Assembly: GCF_036321535.1 (NCBI RefSeq)
Contig: NC_087436.1
Span: 104,782,001 to 104,846,000 of the forward strand
Length of the DNA stretch: 64,000 nucleotides
Direction: 5' to 3'
Origin: Camelus dromedarius
Lineage: Eukaryota
The notes under the pieces were generated by a model, which was given only the letters and a program-made list of their open reading frames with translations, was not told where the DNA came from and made no database searches. The position numbers were made by a program, and so were the translations under genes. Position 1 is the first letter of the stretch. Each line of letters opens with the position of its first letter. This document shows, in pieces, positions 50,631 to 63,099 of the stretch.

Positions 50631-53600
50631 AGAGTATCCATAATTAATGCACTTGGTGTAGAGGCTTTGGTGTAATAAAAATAAACATTGCCAATAATTT
50701 GTTGATTGTTTTACATAAAAGTGTTTTTAACATTTTCCATAGAATGTGGCCAGAGGTTCTGCAGCCTGAAAGCAGTTTTACTTCTCAAACTATTTAGACA
50801 CATAGCATGGGTAGGAAGATGACCACACTTGACACTCCCAGCTAAGGGCAGGCCCCTTTTTATCCCCTGAGGGCAGGTGAGCTTAGGATTCTGCAAGTCC
50901 ACCGTTTCACTTTAAGTTGGAAGTGCAAAAACACCTTCGCCATGTCTTCCTTCGCAGAAGAACAGAAAAAGAACGGGGTGTTCATTTTTTGTGCTCTTGA
51001 GAGCTTATATGATTTCTCCCCATCTCGGGTTTGGTGGGAGACGGGAGAGTATTAACAGCTGTAATACAATCATCAGGATGCTTACGCAAAGTCTGGAAGA
51101 ATTGGAAAAGCTTTGGGAAATTTCCCAAGAGACTGAAGTGCTCTGACAGGGGTCCGGTGCTCCCCCTCCTCTGCTGGGACCAATTGCACTATCCGGCTTG
51201 GGTCACCGCAACCGTGTAGATTGAAGATTTTTTGTTTTCCATCTGTTTGCTGGGCTGTACTTGAGTGACCTTGAAAACTGGCCAAATCTCCTTGGACCTC
51301 CACCGTCCTTTTCTCTAAGAATGAAAACAAAAGCAGCAGCTGAATCCCTTATCCGAGTGTCGTGAGGTTTAATGAGATCACAGTTGGGGGATCTGGTGTT
51401 ATCATTTAAGGAGTGTTACTTCTCACCTTGACGCTGCCAGGGCTTTCCCGTTATTTTGCCTACTTCGTTCTGTTAAGTTGGTTAGGTGGGCAGATGTTTC
51501 TTTAATATAATTGGAGACGCAGGATTTAGAGATGTCACAGAAGTACCTGTCAACCACCCTAAATTTAAATTTGGTCAATTGAGATTCGATATAGACAAAG
51601 TTAAGCTTATTTCATGTATATATAAAATATATAAGTTATATAAACTTACGTATGCAAAATAAGGTTAAACTTGTCTATAGTAGTTTTGTCTATATATGTA
51701 ATATGTATATAGTTGTTTTCCCTGTATAGGTAATACATAAAATAGATTCAAACTATATTATAGCAAATATCCTAGAATAGATTCATAATGTAAATAATAA
51801 TAAAATACTATCTGAAAATTTTAATACCTCAATAATATACCTTAATAATACCTGAATGGCTTACATGATTTGAAAGGCTTTTGGTGTTTTAGATTAGGAC
51901 TTAGAAGCTATATCTATTGAAAATGTGAATGGAGTTAGTAAAAATTAGTTGGTCTGAATGTCAGGAAGCCCTAGACAGAAGTCACCCCAGGCAGCCCTTG
52001 TGTTTATCTTGGAAAAGGAGAATTTATCTACTACCCCTGAAAGGATATAGAGACAGGGATTGTTTTGTTTTGTTTTGTGGTCTATGTTGCTGGCAGTAGG
52101 AGGATTAGGAAGGAAAATGTTGGTCCATTTATGTTAAGACCGAAGACTAGGATCCCTGACTGATAAGAAATTAACCAGATAAACGGGGGTTGGTCTAGCG
52201 AGGAAAGCAAATTATAAAAATGAGACCAACATCTTTGAAACTGGAGCATGATTTTGGAACATTCCAGCAGCAGCAGCGTGGGATGTTAGTCCATGGAAGA
52301 GGGTGGGAGGGAGAGACCTGTGAGTTTTGCAGTCCTGGCACTCAGAAGTGTGCGCCCTGAACAGTAAGACTTTCATCCCTGTCCAAAAGGATACAAATAA
52401 CCCTGCATTTGTGTAGTTTGCAAAGCACTTCTCAGCCACCATTTCGTTTAATCCTCAAGACAATCCTGAGAGTGGCTGTCATCATTTTCAATGGATAAAG
52501 CCTGCTCAGAAGGGTTAAGGGACTTGCTCAAAGGCTTTTGATTGGAAATTGGTGGAGAATCAATTCTAGCTCCTACACCAAGTTGCTTCCCTTAAAAAAA
52601 AAAGAGAGAGAGAGAGAGAAGATAAATCCCCTTTTTAAAAAAGGGTAAAATAAAATAAAACCTGAAAGCAGTCAGGACTCCAGGTGGAATTGGGGATCAA
52701 TAGGATGGTTTTGTTTGCTTTTTGGAAAAGTTTCTTCCCTTCCAACTTACCACCCTTCCCTTTTTAATTTTAATTTCCTGCTAGTGGTCCTGGGGTAAGA
52801 TCATCTTTCATTTTAAGAAGGTGAGAAAACCTGTCTTCTTGTTAATCACCATCTCTTTCCCACACTGAAACTTCCTGTAGGCTAGCTGGCCAAATCTCAA
52901 AAGTAGCTTCCGGCCACCGTGTCGCCGAGTGATAGGTACATGAACAACTGCATGTTGTGGTTTTAATCACTGTGATCTCGCCAAGGACCGTGTCTGTCTG
53001 TCTCTCTCTGTATGTGGATTCCCATGTACCAGTTTTAAGATGCACTGAACACAAGTCTGTTCCTGTAACTGACTGAGAGATCTTAGCCCACGGAGGTGCG
53101 GCTCTTCCGATGAGTGCACAGCTGCCCTGCTCGCTCACGGCAGCCACGCCCATAGCACCGCAGCAGCTGCCTCTTTCACTTCTCAGTTTTTATTTTTTTT
53201 TAATTTCTCAAGTTTCTTGTTTGTTTTTGCCCTCCACTGATTTGGCAGATACATTTCTACTTTCCGGAGAGATGTTTAAACCATTCATGGTAAAGGTATA
53301 TTTTTTAATGTGTGTCCTGTCAACAGTATAGCGAGGATACAATTTTAGGCACTCAAAATATGTTTAAACACAACCTAGTAAATGTTATGGCTCATCATTT
53401 GGCGTTTGGCCTTTGCAGTTTCATTTCATTTAATGCCACATTCGATGTTCTTGATCTGAAATCCTTCCTTTTATCTTCGTCTTGAAGGCAGTGTTTTGGT
53501 TTTTTTTTTCAAATGTGCCCCATTCGACTTTCTTCTAATAACACCCTCTCAAAATATACTGGATTCCTATAGTAATTCATATCAGTCTGTGTGTCTGCCT

Positions 53601-54069
53601 GCCGGTCCGTCTGTTCTGTAGCATCATTTACCCATATAAACAAAAAATGCTTACTCTGGAAGGTGCTAGGACATACCACCAGACTATCAGACCAAAAAGA
53701 AGTCTTGTGCTCTGTGGCCTCTGTGAGCGCCACACGTATTGCCTTTTCAAAGCAAGACATCTGGCCATCGCTCACCCACCCCCTCGGCCTTTCATGGCAT
53801 AATTTGGCTGCCTCGCCACTTCACTCAGATTTGAGAGTTAATTATTTAATATGTTTGCAAAGCACATTGGGTTCCCTAGAGAAAGTGTGCCACATAAATA
53901 TATATAAATGAATAATTAATTAAAGTTTAAGCAGATCACTTGGTGAGTTCTTCCTTAACTGCCTCATTTTCCTAATGAGATGTTTTGAAGTTCCTGTCTA
54001 AGTTTGGTTCCTCTACCCTCTTCCTTTCTGGCACTTTCTCTTTCTTCCTCTTCTTTTCTTTTTTAATTT

Positions 54070-54197
54070 TTAAAAAAAAATTTTGAGGGGGTAATTAGGT
54101 TTACTGATTTATTTTTTTTTAGAGGAGGTACTGGGAATTGAACCCACGACGTTGTGTATGCTGAGCATGTGCTCTACCACTGAGCTGTACCCTCCCC
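54070..54197 (-). mobile_element. tRNA-derived SINE (camelid Vic-1-like)
   Basis: Reverse complement reads ggggagggtacagctcagtggtagagcacatgctcagcatacacaacgtcgtgggttcaattcccagtacctcctctaaaaaa...aaacctaattacccc; aligns by eye to the 42099 copy. Confidence 0.88.
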
Positions 54198-55916
54198 TCT
54201 TTTTGATTTCCTTCTGTTTAATTCTTTTTCCCTTCTGTTGGTTCTCTCAGTGCCCACCACGTTGTGGGCAGTCAGTCAATCACAATGATTTAGCGCCAGA
54301 TCTATAGGTAAAAGCCTTCATTAACTTCAACGGGCGTCATAAGCTCCTCAGAACTCTAGGGTGAGATTAATAATGAGACAATGATTCTAATGCACTGTCA
54401 AAATGAGAAGCCAGGCTCATGAGGTGCTGAGCACTGGCGTGCTGATCAGTAATCGGGAAAACCTTGTTTACTGACCCCTTTCAAAACCCTGATCTGTTTC
54501 AAGTAAAACAAGAGATCCCTAATACTCTAAAAATTAACATAAATCAAATCAAATCCCCCCTACTACCTCGACTCCTCTCAAGGGCTAGAATGAAACAAAG
54601 AGGTGGCAGTTTAAGAGTGTGGTTTAGCGGTTCCTTGGATTCTCTCTGAGGGAACAGCGGACTAATTTAGATGGAGTCTGAAGGGGTGACATAATTGCTT
54701 ATTGAAGGCTGACGTCCAAAGCCTCATTATTCCTTTACCAGAGATTAAGGGGAATTAGGGAACTGTTCACGTCCATCCTGCTAAACCTGACCCAGTTTAT
54801 TTACACTGTAATCTTACTTCAGAGCAAGAGAGGTAAAATGAGCTGCTCTTATCAATTAATAGCTGAAGGAAATTTTAGATTTCAAGTTCAATGTAAGAGC
54901 TATTTATTCCAAAGCACTATAGAAATGAAGAGGCCGGCTGGTTATGCTGGGGGAGGGGAGGGATGGAGGATGGGGAAGTGCTGAAGAGAATTCTTTTCTT
55001 TCCCTCTTGAGAATTTGAATTACGGTGCAATCTTGGATTTTCTAGTGACCTGTGTTAAAGCCCTGGGGCTAAAGCAGACCTATAATGGATCTATTTCTGA
55101 ATTGTTCAGCAGGGCTGGAGTTTAAAACAGCAGTCGTGGTACACGCATTTAATGAGGCCAGTGCTTCCTGTACATCCAGGAGGGCACTGGTCACAGCCCT
55201 GCATGGCCTCTCAAAGTACAGAGGAGACCAAGCTCTTCCTCAGCCCACTTCCAGAATCCTCCAAGGTAGCCAGCTCTGTCTTGAGCAGACACAAAAGTTG
55301 GCTTAGGGATAGAAAGGATCAGTGCAAGACTGCCCTTGCCCCCAACTCTCCCCAACCCCAGGCCCACATTCCATTCTCAGAAATTTCCTTCTCTGGGTGA
55401 AGGCATTGTTCCACATTCAAATACCTCGGGGAGTTATAACGCATTCTCTTTACCAGTCGTTAATAATTTAGTGTTCATTCGACAAACATTTGTTGTTTGT
55501 TGAATTTATTCATAACATGAATTAATCAGAGCCAGGGAATAAGAAGAGGCTTTGGAGTCCAAGGCTGCGTTTCTGTTGGTGGCAAGATGCTTCTGAACCT
55601 CAGCTGGCACATCTGGAAAACCAGGAAGACGGATCAGGAGATCACCCATGTTATTTCCAGTGCCAGCACCGTCTGTCTCTGAGACAGCTGTGGGAATAGG
55701 TACACACCAGTCAGTGGTGATGGGCGGTGGGTGGCTGCGGGGAGCTTGAGACACAACAGAATGAGCATGGAAATTCACCAGGTGGCTCAGGGTCTCTGAT
55801 TTGCTTTGTATTAACCTATAGCCTTGTGTCTGGGTTCCAGAGCTCAGCATAGAGCCTGGTACACAGTAGGTACCCAAGAACATTGGATTAAAAAGCATAG
55901 GAAAAATGATAACACC

Positions 55917-56390
55917 TATATTTTAGTTTTCCAGGGCTACTGGAACAATTTGTCCCAAACTGGGTGGCTTGAAACAACAGAAATGTATTGTCTTACCGTT
56001 CTGGAAGGTAGAAGTCCAAAATCAGGGCACTGGCAAAGCCATGCTCCTTCTGAAACCTCTAGACAAGGATCCTTCCTTGCCTCTTCAAGTTTCTGGTCGG
56101 CCCAGGCATTCCTTGGCTCATGGATGCAAAACTCCAATCTCTGCCTCCATCTTCACATGACCATCTTCCCTCTGTGTTTTTATGTTGTCATCCTTCTGTG
56201 CATGTCTATGTCCAAATTTCCATCTTCTTGTAAGGACAGCAGTCATATTGGAATAGAACCCATCCTATGATCTCACCTTATTTTGATCACATCTGCAAAG
56301 ACTATACTTTCAAATAAAGTCGTATTGGCAGGTCCCAGGGGTTAGGACTCCAACACATCTTTGCAGAGAACACAATTCAACCCATAACTT
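55917..56390 (-). mobile_element. MaLR solo LTR (MLT1C/D-like)
   Basis: ttttccagggctactggaac...aaactgggtggcttgaaacaacagaaatgtattgtcttaccgttctggaagg...ggggttaggactccaacacatcttt...cacaattcaacccataac. Confidence 0.85.
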
Positions 56391-57617
56391 ACTCCAGAGG
56401 ATTTTGTCACAATGCACTGGACCACGTACATGAAGTGTCTTGCTGATTGGAAAGTGTTTATGCAAATATAGGCTAAGGAACTCAGCTGGGATTTGAGTCC
56501 AGCACGTTCTCCCAACCATTAAGTTATCCACAAAGAGTTTCAGCACAAGGACTCTGACATCCAAGCTACAGGTATGAAGACAAGTGAGGGTGAAGAGTGT
56601 AGAAAATGAGATCAAGGACCCAGAAGACAAGGTTCACTACCTTGACGGGGCTGCATGGATCCAGTTCAGGGCCCAGGTGACAAGGTCACCTCAAACACCC
56701 CATGTGCTAACCCAGAATTCCCCGAACGTCCCAGGCCTTGATTGCCTGCTGGTCCCATCTGTCAAGGCCACACTGGAGAGAATGGAACTCACTGATTCAC
56801 ACTCATTTTAGTTCTTTTATTATCATAGACTTGGAAGGTCACTTAGTGAAGAAAAGCTTTAATAAGTGCCAGTAAGATGTTAAACATCTCACTATTCAGA
56901 AGATAGATGTAGTTCCTGACCTTTCAGAGCACCGGTTCTAAAGGACCCAAGGCACAAGTGCAACCGTATATATATTTTATGTGGTTTTTTTTTTCCCCTT
57001 TTCCTTTTTAGGGGGTTAACATCAGGGAAGCACTGCATTCTAGTTGATTAGGAATCACAAGTCTAAATTTCAATTCTGAGCTGAATAGTAATTTTTCCTG
57101 AAGGTTTGAATAAATCATCCAATCTGCTTCAGTTTCAACTATTTGCAGCATTTCTATTTTAATAATAATTTTGGCTGCTTAGGACCCTGGAGTCACCGAG
57201 CCCATTTGTGACTTAATTTGGGATGGGTATGAGGTGGGAGGCAGAAGATGCCCTGAGAACCAAACAGGAAAAAGTGAGTTCCATTCTGAAAGATTTGGGC
57301 CAGATGCAAGGGACATTTTTTGTTAAAGACAGCTACAATTCTTTGGTTTGCTCCAGCAAGGCAGATTACAGAACCTGTGCAACTGTAACTTCAGTAAAGA
57401 GAGGAGACGATCTCATGTAAGGAAGACAGTTTACTTTTCATTTTGATTTGATTGCAAACAGATGGGTCAGATGAACTCTCCATTCAGGTAAATCATAATA
57501 CCTCAAGACAGTAAGAAGTGCTCATAATCCACCCTGTTCCCCTTTTTGCTTTGAATGCCAGGAAGCTCAAAGTCAACTAGACCGCTCAGTTAAAATACTA
57601 AAATTAGCCTAGGGCAC

Positions 57618-58055
57618 TGTTTCAGTTATCTATTGCTGTGAACAAACAATCCCCAAACAATCCCCAAACTTGATGGCTCAAAACAACAATCTATTTTTAT
57701 CTTTCATGGTTCAGTGAGTTGACAGGACTCAGCTGGGCAGCTCTTGCTTGGGGATACTCATGCAGTTTCAGCCCAGTGTGGCTGGGGTTGGAGTCATCTA
57801 AAGGCTCAACAGGGATAAACGTGAGAGCTGGTTTGCTCAGTCACAGGGCTGAGATGGCCGGAGTGGCTGGAGGCCGGCTATCTCTCTCCCTCCAGATGGC
57901 TAGTTTGGGCTTTCTCACATCGTGCTAGTGGTCACAGTTCACGCATGGTGGCTGGATTCCCCCACGGGTCATACTCGGGGAATTTATTCCTCCTCCACAA
58001 GGTTATAAAGGGAGATGTTCATGGTGGGGGTCATCTTTGGAGACATGCTACCACA
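57618..58055 (-). mobile_element. Old MaLR LTR (MLT1H/F-like)
   Basis: tgtttcagttatctattgctgtgaacaaacaatccccaaa...ggctcaaaacaacaatc...gggggtcatctttggagacatgctaccaca. Confidence 0.7.
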
Positions 58056-60614
58056 ACTATTTATTAACCTTTTATTATTTTTCATGGTCTTATCAGGGAT
58101 ATCTTTGTGAGCCTTTTTTTTTTTTTAAGTAGTCAAGAATGAATAATACACAAATGATGCTTTACTCTTGTCTAGGGTTTGATAATTGACTATGCGCCCA
58201 CCTGTGCTACCTTACCTGGCTTTCACAATATCGTGTAAGGGGTCAGATCCAGTGACTTTATCCTTATTTTTACAGATGTGGGGATTGTTTCAAAAGGGAT
58301 TAGTGATTTGCCTAAGGTCACACAGCTGGAAGTGGTGGGATAGCACAGCTGGACAGGGTTGTCTGAGACAGCAGCCTATGTTCTCAAGCACTTGGTGAAA
58401 CCCAAACAGAAACCTAAATCTGAAACCCGGGTGTGACTCCCCGATATGCTGCACAACACCTGCCTGCCTCTCCATCACCCTACACCCAGTGGGAGTTTCG
58501 TGTAGTTGTGTGAACATGAGTCCTTGAGCAAAACTGAATCCCAGCTGGTGCTTCCCAACCGTGGACCTGGGATCTTTTAAATGACTCAGTTTCTTCATCT
58601 GTAAAGTGAGGTTGTTGATGATAATAATGCTTACTCCCTCAGGGCTGTCATATGGATTAAATGAATTAATGCATCAAAGCTATACTCGTGAGAATTTTAA
58701 AAAGAAAACTCTCAGTGAAAAGCTGTAGAGATAAGTAGCTATTAAGAGGGCTCTGGTCTAGTTTCCCCTTCTTTATGCTTTTCTTGATGTTATGCGGACC
58801 TTACTAAGTGTCCCAGCTGATACTGACTTGATATTGCGTATTACCGGACAGACTAAAAGCCCTAGGTCGATGTTAATGCCTGCCTCAGTATCATGACTTC
58901 AGCTGCAGGATGCACTTATAAAATACTGTCAGGGCTTGACAACACAAGCTGCTTTCCCCAAGCTCTCAGTGCTCCCTCTTCCTCTTCAATTATTTCCACC
59001 AACATTCTCTCCCTCAGTGCCCAGCTGCTCTCTCCTCACTCTGTCCCAAGTGGATCTAAATGTTCACACCCAACTTCTCTCTACTCCACTCCCTTTCCAC
59101 ACATGTTCTTCTCAACACGCTTATCCAAGGACATGCTTCCACCTATGGACACATGCCCTTGACCTTCTGCATCCCAGGGCACCTTCCTTCCTCAGACCCT
59201 CGGGTACAAATATTTCTGTTCTCACTGAGCCTGAAACGCCCTCTCTCCATCCCAAGTTCCCCCAAGGATGGCCGGAGAAGTTCAGCACCTATGCCCAGCA
59301 GGGCAGGATGCAGACCTACGTATGAGTGAAGAGGCTCTGGATACCTGGCTGCACCTGCTCAGGGATGTTCAGCGCACAAAGCTCTTCATCAGTGGCCAGA
59401 GAGTGGATTTCCCTGCTGCCCACCTGGACACTGCACAGACATCCTGGGTGCAGTCAGAGAAAGGACAGCTGCTGCTTAAGGGGACAAGAGTTCCTGACAC
59501 AGGAGGGAGGAAGGGAAGTTGGCTAATGGAAGCTGCCTGTTTTTTCCCAGCTTAGGGGGGGTGGGATGGGGAGCACTGAGCAGAATATGCACCTATTCAG
59601 AAGGGCAACGTGCCAAAAATAACTAGGAGCAACAGCATTTCATCTGACAGGCCCAGAAATAGAGCTCATTTCGGAGCTACAGACCGAGCAGTTCCGAGAT
59701 CTTCAGCATTCCCAGAGAAATACATGGAAAAAGTCTGAGGTTACACAACAGCATCCATTCTCTCTTCATTACAACTTCTCAGAGTAGGGGCCCTGCGGGC
59801 ACAGGAGGAGAGTCTGCAGAGTCAGACCTGAGGCTCAAAAGATAAGGTCTGGGGACCAAGACATGAGGATGGTACCTGGTGGGATGTTCTGAGGTAGGAA
59901 GAATTGGGAGGTAATTGGTCAATACAGACAGTACAAAACGGAAAGAACAGAGAGATAGGAAATGGATGTAGGGAAGGTAAAGAATAGGTGCCAGGAGAAA
60001 AACAGAAGTACTGAACGTTAAAAACAGTGTGTAGGGCTTAGCTGGATCCTGAAGGTCACCCTTGGCAGAAAGAAGGTCATGGTCTTCCGGTCGGAATGGG
60101 AGAGCATTGCCTGATGGCAGTCCCCGCTTCTACTTCTGTTTTCTTCTCTTCTATCTTGATGTAAAAGGCAAATGTCACAGTTTATTCGTCTTTATTATGA
60201 ATATCTGAAATTGCAGAAAGGCAGAGGGGGACAGAAGAGAGAGGAGGCTGCAGGATTCCAGAGAGCCCTGACTGCTGGAAAAGTTGTGTTCTAATGGAAG
60301 AAGATGGGGGAGAGAGTCAGGAGTGAAAAAGGCAAAGGAGGAAGGAAGTAAGAAGGGAGGAAGACAAGAAAGGGAGGATGGAAGGAAAAATGAAAAAGGA
60401 AGATGATGGGTTCAATTTTATTTAGTGAATCTGTCTAAGGACTTTCTATGCAAGGCAAAGGGGGACTACACAGGGCTGATTAAGAAACAAGCTTTCAAAG
60501 GGCTTGTCACCTACCTGGGGAGGAGAGCTGGCCAAGAAACCAACTATGGTGTAAAGCAGGATTAAACTGCTACAGGCAACGCTCAGTGGGAGCAAAGAGA
60601 AATGACCAATTGAG

Positions 60615-60790
60615 GGTTTTTTTTTTTTTTCATATGTATATATTTTTATTTAGTGGCCCTGAAAATTGAAGTATAGTTGGTTTACAGTATTGTGTTAGTT
60701 TCAGGTGTACAGCAAAGTGATTATATACATACATTTCAGGTTGTGTTTCCATTATAGATATTTATTTCAAATTATTACAAGATATTGAAG
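60615..60790 (-). mobile_element. L1 3' end fragment
   Basis: Poly-T, then aattgaagtatagttggtttacagtattgtgttagtttcaggtgtacagcaaagtgatt...ttattacaagatattga, the typical reverse-complement L1 3' UTR end. Confidence 0.75.
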
Positions 60791-62554
60791 TTTTGACCAG
60801 GGAGGCTCCCTAGAACTGGTGGCATTTATGGAGAGGGATAGAAAGAGCATTCTTCACTCCTATGTGGTGCCCTCCCCACCCACCTCTTGTAACCCCGAGG
60901 TCAGCTGTTTCTGCAGGAGCAGATCTCTTGACCCTGCACATCCTTAGTACTTAAAAATGTGGTTTCCAAGTGCCCAGCCATAGTCAACACCAGTTGGAAG
61001 GTAAGTTTCTACTGGTGCATAGCTAAATGAGACAAAGACAAGTTAGGAGTTTTTCATAAGGAAATTATATTCAGTTTAAAGGATCGTCTTTTATTATGAT
61101 GTTAGGTCGTTCCTAATTTTTCGCTCATAAAAGTGCCCTGTCTTTTTAATGAAATAATGTTGATAAATGATACTGTTTTTGTTGGTTGGTTGGCTTAAAT
61201 ATTTTTATTCAGCAAGTTAACAGTTGGCCAAGTGCATTGGTCCCTGAGATTTATCTGCTCTCAAACCATGTCAGAACGACTGGCCTCAGATATTATTCGG
61301 TGCCCATCCAGGCAGGCAGATTCTCCCTGGCCCCTCACCCTCCAGGCCTCTGGATGCCCCTCCACTGAGTTTGGATAAGCAAGGCTGCCCTCCTCCTTCC
61401 AGACTCTGTTGCCTGTGTCCTGTCCTGTGTTGAGGTGTGGTGTTGTTCTTTCACTGTCTCCTTACAGGTGACAAGATAAACTGACTTACACGTTGTCGGT
61501 AATGAGTGATACCAGATTAATACACTCTCCCCAGGGGCCTACGTGTTTTAGTGGAGTATTACAACTTAATTCAAGGCAATGAATTGTAATGGTGGAATTT
61601 TAAGTCCTCCCACAGGGCAATAGAAAAGAAGACTAATTTTAAATAAGGGGACTTCTACTGAAATAAGACCACACCCTTCCAATTACTGCCAAAAACGTCT
61701 AGAGGGGAGTTAAGGGCAATAATGGATTCTGTCTTCTGGATCAAAATGGCACACTCCACTGTGAATAGAAATCCTGACCTTCTCTTTCTCTGCCCCTCTG
61801 CAGTACAGAATTAATCAGTCAGTCCCATCCCCCGTGCCCGCCCCCCCCCCATCCCGGGACCTGGGCCACAGACCAACCTGAAAGTCCTTTTAGAGGATCA
61901 GATTGTGTTTTGGTCAGTTTTCCGCAAGCCTGCGGCTTCTCTGGATTCCCAGGACCTGGGGGTGGTGTCAGACGCACAGTAGGAGCACAGCAGAAGATGA
62001 GGAAGTGAGACATTGGGGATATCATGCTAAAAATAGCCCAGCCCTCTGTGGGGTGTCTCCACAGGGACTACAGTTAGGTAAACTCAAACCCTCAAAGCTC
62101 ATAAGGCTTGAAAATTTCGATTCCATGAATTCTGATTACAAACAACCTGAGGGAAGCATTCAGTTCCCTAAAGACCAACCCAAACCGTGTGCAATGAGGG
62201 AGGAGAGACAACCTGGAGGGAGGCCAGGAATACAGGTAGAAACCCCAGAAATATTACGAAACCCTGTTCTTTGGAACTGGAACAGTTTCCCTTCCACATA
62301 CATTGAAAAGTATTGTCTATACTTTGACCTAACGTTAAAAAAAATATATGGACACGATCTGGGACAAAGCCATCAAATCTTTTATCCCCTGGGACACTTG
62401 ATGGAATAAATGTTTTTCTACATCACACGGGAGAATTTTAAGTGCTTTGGGTCTGTGGAAGTGGGACAAGGGGTGGTCAAACAAAGAAACCCTCAAACAC
62501 TTTAATGTGGTGGCTGCTGGATGAGAGAGGAGCCATGTGACCCTTTCTTATAAG

Positions 62555-62727
62555 CCGGTGATTCTAGAACCAGCAGTAGCATCACATACGAGCTTGTTAG
62601 CAAGGCAGCTTCTTGAGCCCCACCCAGGACCAAATGAAACCAGAATTCGAGCCAGGTTGCTCAGAGATGCGTCTTTTAACAAGCCCACCTGGTGACTGGG
62701 ATGCAGGCTGAAGTTTGAGAACCACTG
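62555..62727. mobile_element. MER5A (hAT-Charlie)
   Basis: accagcagtagcatcacatacgagcttgttag...ccccacccaggacc...ttttaacaagccc...ggtgact...tgaagtttgagaaccactg. Confidence 0.8.
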
Positions 62728-63099
62728 ACAGAAGCCATTACTTTGCAGCGAGTGACTCGGAGCCTAGAGCCTGACCCAGGGCCACAGCCCTTAGGTGACC
62801 TAAAAAAAGTGAGGGATGACTCAGCCAAGCTGCTAAGTGTGGCCAGGGCTGTACTGAGATGTCTGAGGGCACATGCAGGCACAGGGGATTCCAGAGTTGG
62901 TCTAACCCCTACCCAGGGCATCCTGTCTTCACACCAGCCTCTCCTGAGGCCCGTCGGGGTCGGGACTTGGCCTGCTGTGGTGGCCCTTCCACAGGGAAAA
63001 AGGGCTGAGTCCTCTCAGACTCCCAATCTATTATTAGTTCCAATCCGCACAAATCCACCAGTGCCAAAGGGAAGCCGCTGAGAACTTTCGAAGGTGAGT

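Noticed and set aside
55824..56270. 148-aa ORF and similar ORFs at 33062, 36686, 47181 and 25096
   Set aside because: They fall inside MaLR LTR or L1 3' UTR remnants; chance open frames.
57644..57668. 11-bp tandem duplication aaacaatcccc
   Set aside because: Trivial slippage inside an old LTR.
61903..62409. 168-aa ORF
   Set aside because: Non-ATG start, no homology recognised, no supporting splice or promoter context.
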